The notes below the pieces were generated by a model that saw nothing but the letters and a program-made list of their open reading frames with translations, was not told the DNA's origin and did not search any database. Below, in pieces: positions 61,397 through 64,000 of a DNA stretch of 64,000 nucleotides. Origin of the DNA: Candidatus Atribacteria bacterium UBA6251 (GTDB lineage: Bacteria > Atribacterota > Phoenicimicrobiia > Phoenicimicrobiales > Phoenicimicrobiaceae). Location: positions 2,910 to 66,909 of the forward strand of contig DJVR01000028.1 in assembly GCA_002441285.1 (NCBI GenBank), given 5' to 3'. Each line of letters starts with the position of its first letter. The stretch's first letter is position 1. Position numbers and translations under genes: made by a program.

Positions 61397-61650
61397 AAAA
61401 AGTATATATAATCGATGCCTAGTTACCTAATTAACCAGTTAATAGATTTCTCTATTCTATTATTTATTCCGTCACCAACTTTCGTGGATGTAAACTGCAA
61501 TAGGAATCTATAAAATGCAATAGCAAGTTCTTATTTATCTGGGCGCGGCAATCTCCTCTAAAAATTATAATTGTAAACAAAAATAAATTTCCTTATCTTA
61601 ACTAGCTGATTAATTTTTTTAAATAATAAGCAATGCAAAATTAAAAATAT

Positions 61651-61679
61651 TTGACAAGAGGTTATTTTTGGGGTAATAT
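61651..61679 (+). promoter_or_regulatory. Candidate sigma-70 promoter of fur
   Basis: TTGACA (61651-56), a 17-nt spacer, then TAATAT (61674-79). The Fur box begins 5 nt downstream. Confidence 0.5.
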
Positions 61680-61684
61680 AATAA

Positions 61685-61699
61685 TGAGAATGATTATCA
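61685..61699 (+). promoter_or_regulatory. Fur box (7-1-7) at the fur promoter
   Basis: TGAGAAT-G-ATTATCA versus the consensus TGATAAT-N-ATTATCA (1 mismatch). It lies between the -10 element and the fur ATG. Confidence 0.65.
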
Positions 61700-61718
61700 A
61701 TAGTAAAGGATTATAATT

Positions 61719-62192
61719 ATGCCAGGAAGATGGGGTAAGGGACCAGCCAGCTGGTGGCATGGTGAATTTAAAGGATGTGGTTACAGAATTACTATCCCCC
61801 GTCAGATTATTCTAAAAGTTTTAGAAGAATCTAGCGGGCACTTAAGTGCAGAAGATATATACTTAAAAGTATATAAAATATATCCAGCTATTGGGTTGGC
61901 TACCGTTTATCGAACTTTAGAGATATTAGTAAATATGGGATTGGTTTCTAAATTTGATTTCGGTGATGGTAGAGCAAGATATGAATTAATTCAAGACATA
62001 AAAGAACCAGTTCATCACCATCATTTGGTGTGTACAAATTGTGGTAGAATTATTGATTATACGGATTTTCTAGAAGAGGAAATAGAACTAATTAAAAAGA
62101 TAGAAAAAAAACTTTCCGCAAAGTATAATTTTGAAATTAAAAATCATACTATTCAATTTAACGGATTGTGTGATAAATGTTCAAATAAATAA
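61719..62192 (+). CDS. fur: Fur family transcriptional regulator (with an unusual Gly/Trp-rich N-terminal extension)
   Basis: R.T.PRQIILKVLEES.GHLSAEDIY...ATVYRTLEIL...HHHHLVCTNCGRI...CDKC are Fur-family DNA-binding and CxxC...CxxC metal-site motifs. The first ~22 aa (MPGRWGKGPASWWHGEFKGCGY) are not typical of Fur. Confidence 0.85.
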   Translation: MPGRWGKGPASWWHGEFKGCGYRITIPRQIILKVLEESSGHLSAEDIYLKVYKIYPAIGLATVYRTLEILVNMGLVSKFDFGDGRARYELIQDIKEPVHHHHLVCTNCGRIIDYTDFLEEEIELIKKIEKKLSAKYNFEIKNHTIQFNGLCDKCSNK

Positions 62193-62222
62193 AAATATAT
62201 CTATTTTTTTGAAAAAATATTT

Positions 62223-62237
62223 TGATAATGATTATTG
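62223..62237 (+). promoter_or_regulatory. Second Fur-box-like site upstream of the DUF5320 gene
   Basis: TGATAAT-G-ATTATTG (2 mismatches to the 7-1-7 consensus), 50 nt upstream of the ATG at 62288. Confidence 0.5.
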
Positions 62238-62287
62238 TTATAGATAATAGATTTTAAAAAAATAAAGATTGAAAGGAGGCGAAAGAT

Positions 62288-62638
62288 ATGCCCAGAGGAG
62301 ATGGAACTGGCCCCTGGGGATTAGGCCCTATGACTGGGAGAGCAGCTGGATATTGTGCTGGTTATCCTGTTCCTGGGTTTATGAACCCCTATATCGGTAG
62401 ATTAGGGTTAGGATTTGGCTGGGGCAGAGGAAGGGGCAGAGGTTTTTGGCGAGCATTCTGGCCAGCATATCCTTACTCTATGATCCCTCCGCTACCATAC
62501 GGAGGTGGATTTTACCAACCACCAGTTGAACCTAAGCAAGAGATAGGTATTCTAAATGAAGAGGCAAAAGCCTTAAAAGAACAACTGGAAGCAATTAATA
62601 AACGGATCTCTGAGTTAGAAGAAGCTGAAAAGAAATAG
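62288..62638 (+). CDS. DUF5320 family protein
   Basis: 116 aa. The MPRGDGTGPWGLGPMTGRAAGYCAG N-terminus and C-terminal coiled-coil (LKEQLEAINKRISELEEAEKK) match the DUF5320 pattern. Confidence 0.75.
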   Translation: MPRGDGTGPWGLGPMTGRAAGYCAGYPVPGFMNPYIGRLGLGFGWGRGRGRGFWRAFWPAYPYSMIPPLPYGGGFYQPPVEPKQEIGILNEEAKALKEQLEAINKRISELEEAEKK

Positions 62639-62657
62639 AATTTTCGAGGTAAATCTT

Positions 62658-62696
62658 GGTAGAAGGGCTTGCTTTCCCTTCTACCAAAAGTTTTTT
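62658..62696 (+). terminator. Terminator-like hairpin after the DUF5320 gene
   Basis: 10-bp stem, GGTAGAAGGG (62658-67) pairing with CCCTTCTACC (62676-85), with an 8-nt loop. It is followed by AAAAG and then TTTTTT (62691-96). Confidence 0.55.
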
Positions 62697-63006
62697 ATTC
62701 AATAAAGAAAAAAAATGAAACTACCAGTTTGTGAACATAAGGATAACAATTGTAATTACAAAGTTGAAAAAAGTAGGGAATATTGGATTATTCTTTAGAA
62801 ATTTGTCCTCTATGCCCAGAAAAGGTAAGAAAGAATTACTTTTCGAAGTTGTTAAGGTAGAGTTATACTTTATCTAGGGGTAAATCTCTGTGGTAAGGGA
62901 TATACTTATTATAACGAAGGGTTTACCTTTTAAAAAATAATCAGGTATAGTTTATATCAATATTTAATTTTTAGAGAATTTTAGTTTTATTCAGGAGGAT
63001 TTAAGA

Positions 63007-63381
63007 ATGAAAATAGCAATTACTTCCGTGGGACCAAAATTGGAGGATAAAGTTGACCCCAGGTTTGGTAGATGTCGTTATTTTATATTATTTGATACTG
63101 ATACTAATAAATTTGAAGCCATAGAAAATACTGGTGCCCAGGGAATGGGAGGAGTAGGAATTCAATCGGGTCAAATAATGGCGGATAGAGGAGCAGAGAT
63201 AGTGTTAACCGGGAGTTGTGGACCTAATGCCTTTCAAACTTTACAGGCAGCAGGTATAAAGGTAATAACCGGAGTAACCGGTACGGTTCAAGAAGCAATC
63301 GATAAATTTAAATCAGGTAATTTTAAAGCAGCTTCACAAGCTAACGTTTCTGCTCATTCAGGTATAAAACAGGGAAAATAG
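63007..63381 (+). CDS. NifB/NifX-family (dinitrogenase FeMo-cofactor-binding-like) domain protein
   Basis: 124 aa. MKIAITS......V...FGRC.YFILFD........IEN, then a ...VITG... pattern typical of stand-alone NifX/NifB C-terminal-like proteins of anaerobes. Confidence 0.8.
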   Translation: MKIAITSVGPKLEDKVDPRFGRCRYFILFDTDTNKFEAIENTGAQGMGGVGIQSGQIMADRGAEIVLTGSCGPNAFQTLQAAGIKVITGVTGTVQEAIDKFKSGNFKAASQANVSAHSGIKQGK

Positions 63382-63403
63382 AAAGAATTGCGGGAGGGGA
63401 AAA

Positions 63404-63802
63404 ATGAAAATTGCAATTTCCACTGATTCAGGTTTTGTATCTGCTCATTTTGGAAGATGTCCTTCTTTTACTATTGCTGAAATTGAAGAGGAAAAAATTT
63501 TAAAGATAGAGGAGATCAATAATCCTGGCCATCAACCTGCATTTTTACCCAATTTTCTAGCAGAACGTGGAGTAAAATATATAATTTGCGGAGGCATGGG
63601 AAATAGAGCACAAATGTTATTTGCAGAAAAAAATATTATTCCAGTAATTGGAGTTACTGGAAAGATTGAGCAGGTAATAGAAAAATTTGTGCAGGGTAAA
63701 TTAGAAGCCGGAGAATCGCTTTGTAAACCTGGGGCAGGGAAAGGTTATGGCTTAGAAAAAGAAGAATGTGACCACTCAGAAGAAGACGCCCATCTAAATT
63801 AA
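63404..63802 (+). CDS. NifB/NifX-family domain protein (second paralogue)
   Basis: 132 aa. MKIAISTDSGFVSAHFGRCPSFTIAEIEE...YIICGGMGNRAQMLF. Same family as the preceding gene. Confidence 0.8.
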   Translation: MKIAISTDSGFVSAHFGRCPSFTIAEIEEEKILKIEEINNPGHQPAFLPNFLAERGVKYIICGGMGNRAQMLFAEKNIIPVIGVTGKIEQVIEKFVQGKLEAGESLCKPGAGKGYGLEKEECDHSEEDAHLN

Positions 63803-64000
63803 AGATATAGAGGTAAAATTAAAAAATATAAAATTGGAAATTAAATATAAATTTTATTTGGTAGCATTAATTTGAATAGGCAAAAAAATATTTTTTAATT
63901 AATTAAAATCTAATCAATAAACTGTATTAATTTCATGATGTGTTTACACATTGCCGTTCTTTCCTATACTAAAGATGATACTATTTATCTCGGTTCCGGT

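Noticed and set aside
61490-61530. Direct repeat TGCAATAG (x2), and a related GCAATGCAAAA further downstream, in the feoB-fur spacer. I considered these as regulatory sites or a small RNA.
   Set aside because: These are short repeats in AT-rich DNA with no associated structure, promoter or terminator that I can define.
62715-62880. Small Cys-containing ORFs between the DUF5320 and NifX-like genes: MKLPVCEHKDNNCNYKVEKSREYWIIL, and in another frame a peptide containing LEICPLCPEK.
   Set aside because: They are too short and lie in two different frames. No RBS or family is recognisable. They may be a decayed small zinc-ribbon gene, but I cannot support that.
63944-64000. A minus-strand open frame entering from the right edge (…TGTEINSIIFSIGKNGNV, stop = TTA at 63944-63946 on the + strand).
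   Set aside because: Only 18 codons are visible, which is not enough to call a gene or a family.

Overview
This is an AT-rich bacterial chromosome segment. I saw no rRNA, tRNA or CRISPR. All ~60 genes I can support lie on the + strand. Gene content fits a strictly anaerobic fermenter of amino acids or N-heterocycles.

- **0-8 kb:** the nadE 3' end, an RraA-family protein, a PPOX-family gene broken by one in-frame TAA, a DppA-type D-aminopeptidase, a polar amino-acid ABC transporter and a LarA-type racemase homologue.
- **7.6-20.9 kb:** hutP, followed by a HutP-type RNA target (NAG-N4 repeats inside an intrinsic terminator). It gates iorAB, acdAB and two complete three-subunit xanthine-dehydrogenase-family molybdoenzymes rather than hutHUIG.
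- **20.9-32.2 kb:** the marker set for selenium-dependent molybdenum hydroxylases (yqeC, mocA-like, yqeB, xdhC, yedE, yedF, a class V desulfurase, DUF3343). It is followed by a ModE-like regulator, a molybdopterin-binding protein, a DUF364-like protein and a NitT/TauT-type ABC transporter.
- **32.2-38.9 kb:** a compositionally foreign type III restriction-modification island (mod-res), bracketed exactly by a 13-bp inverted repeat. This is the most unusual part of the window. Its mod gene carries eight in-frame copies of a ~45-bp GC-rich double-hairpin element and a nested DUF559 endonuclease cassette flanked by inverted copies of that element.
- **39-49.7 kb:** GTP-PEPCK, an IclR regulator, an SSS transporter, buk-ptb, a four-subunit 2-oxoacid:ferredoxin oxidoreductase and a saccharopine-dehydrogenase-family protein.
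- **49.8-58.4 kb:** a lysine riboswitch and terminator ahead of a catabolic-looking block (second saccharopine-dehydrogenase-family protein, class III aminotransferase, P-loop protein, NhaC-family transporter, then a tungsten-type aldehyde:ferredoxin oxidoreductase).
- **58.8-63.8 kb:** an iron block with dtxR-feoAB, fur with Fur boxes, DUF5320 and two NifX/NifB-like proteins.

All calls rest on reading the translations and sequence by eye. No database search or folding program was run.
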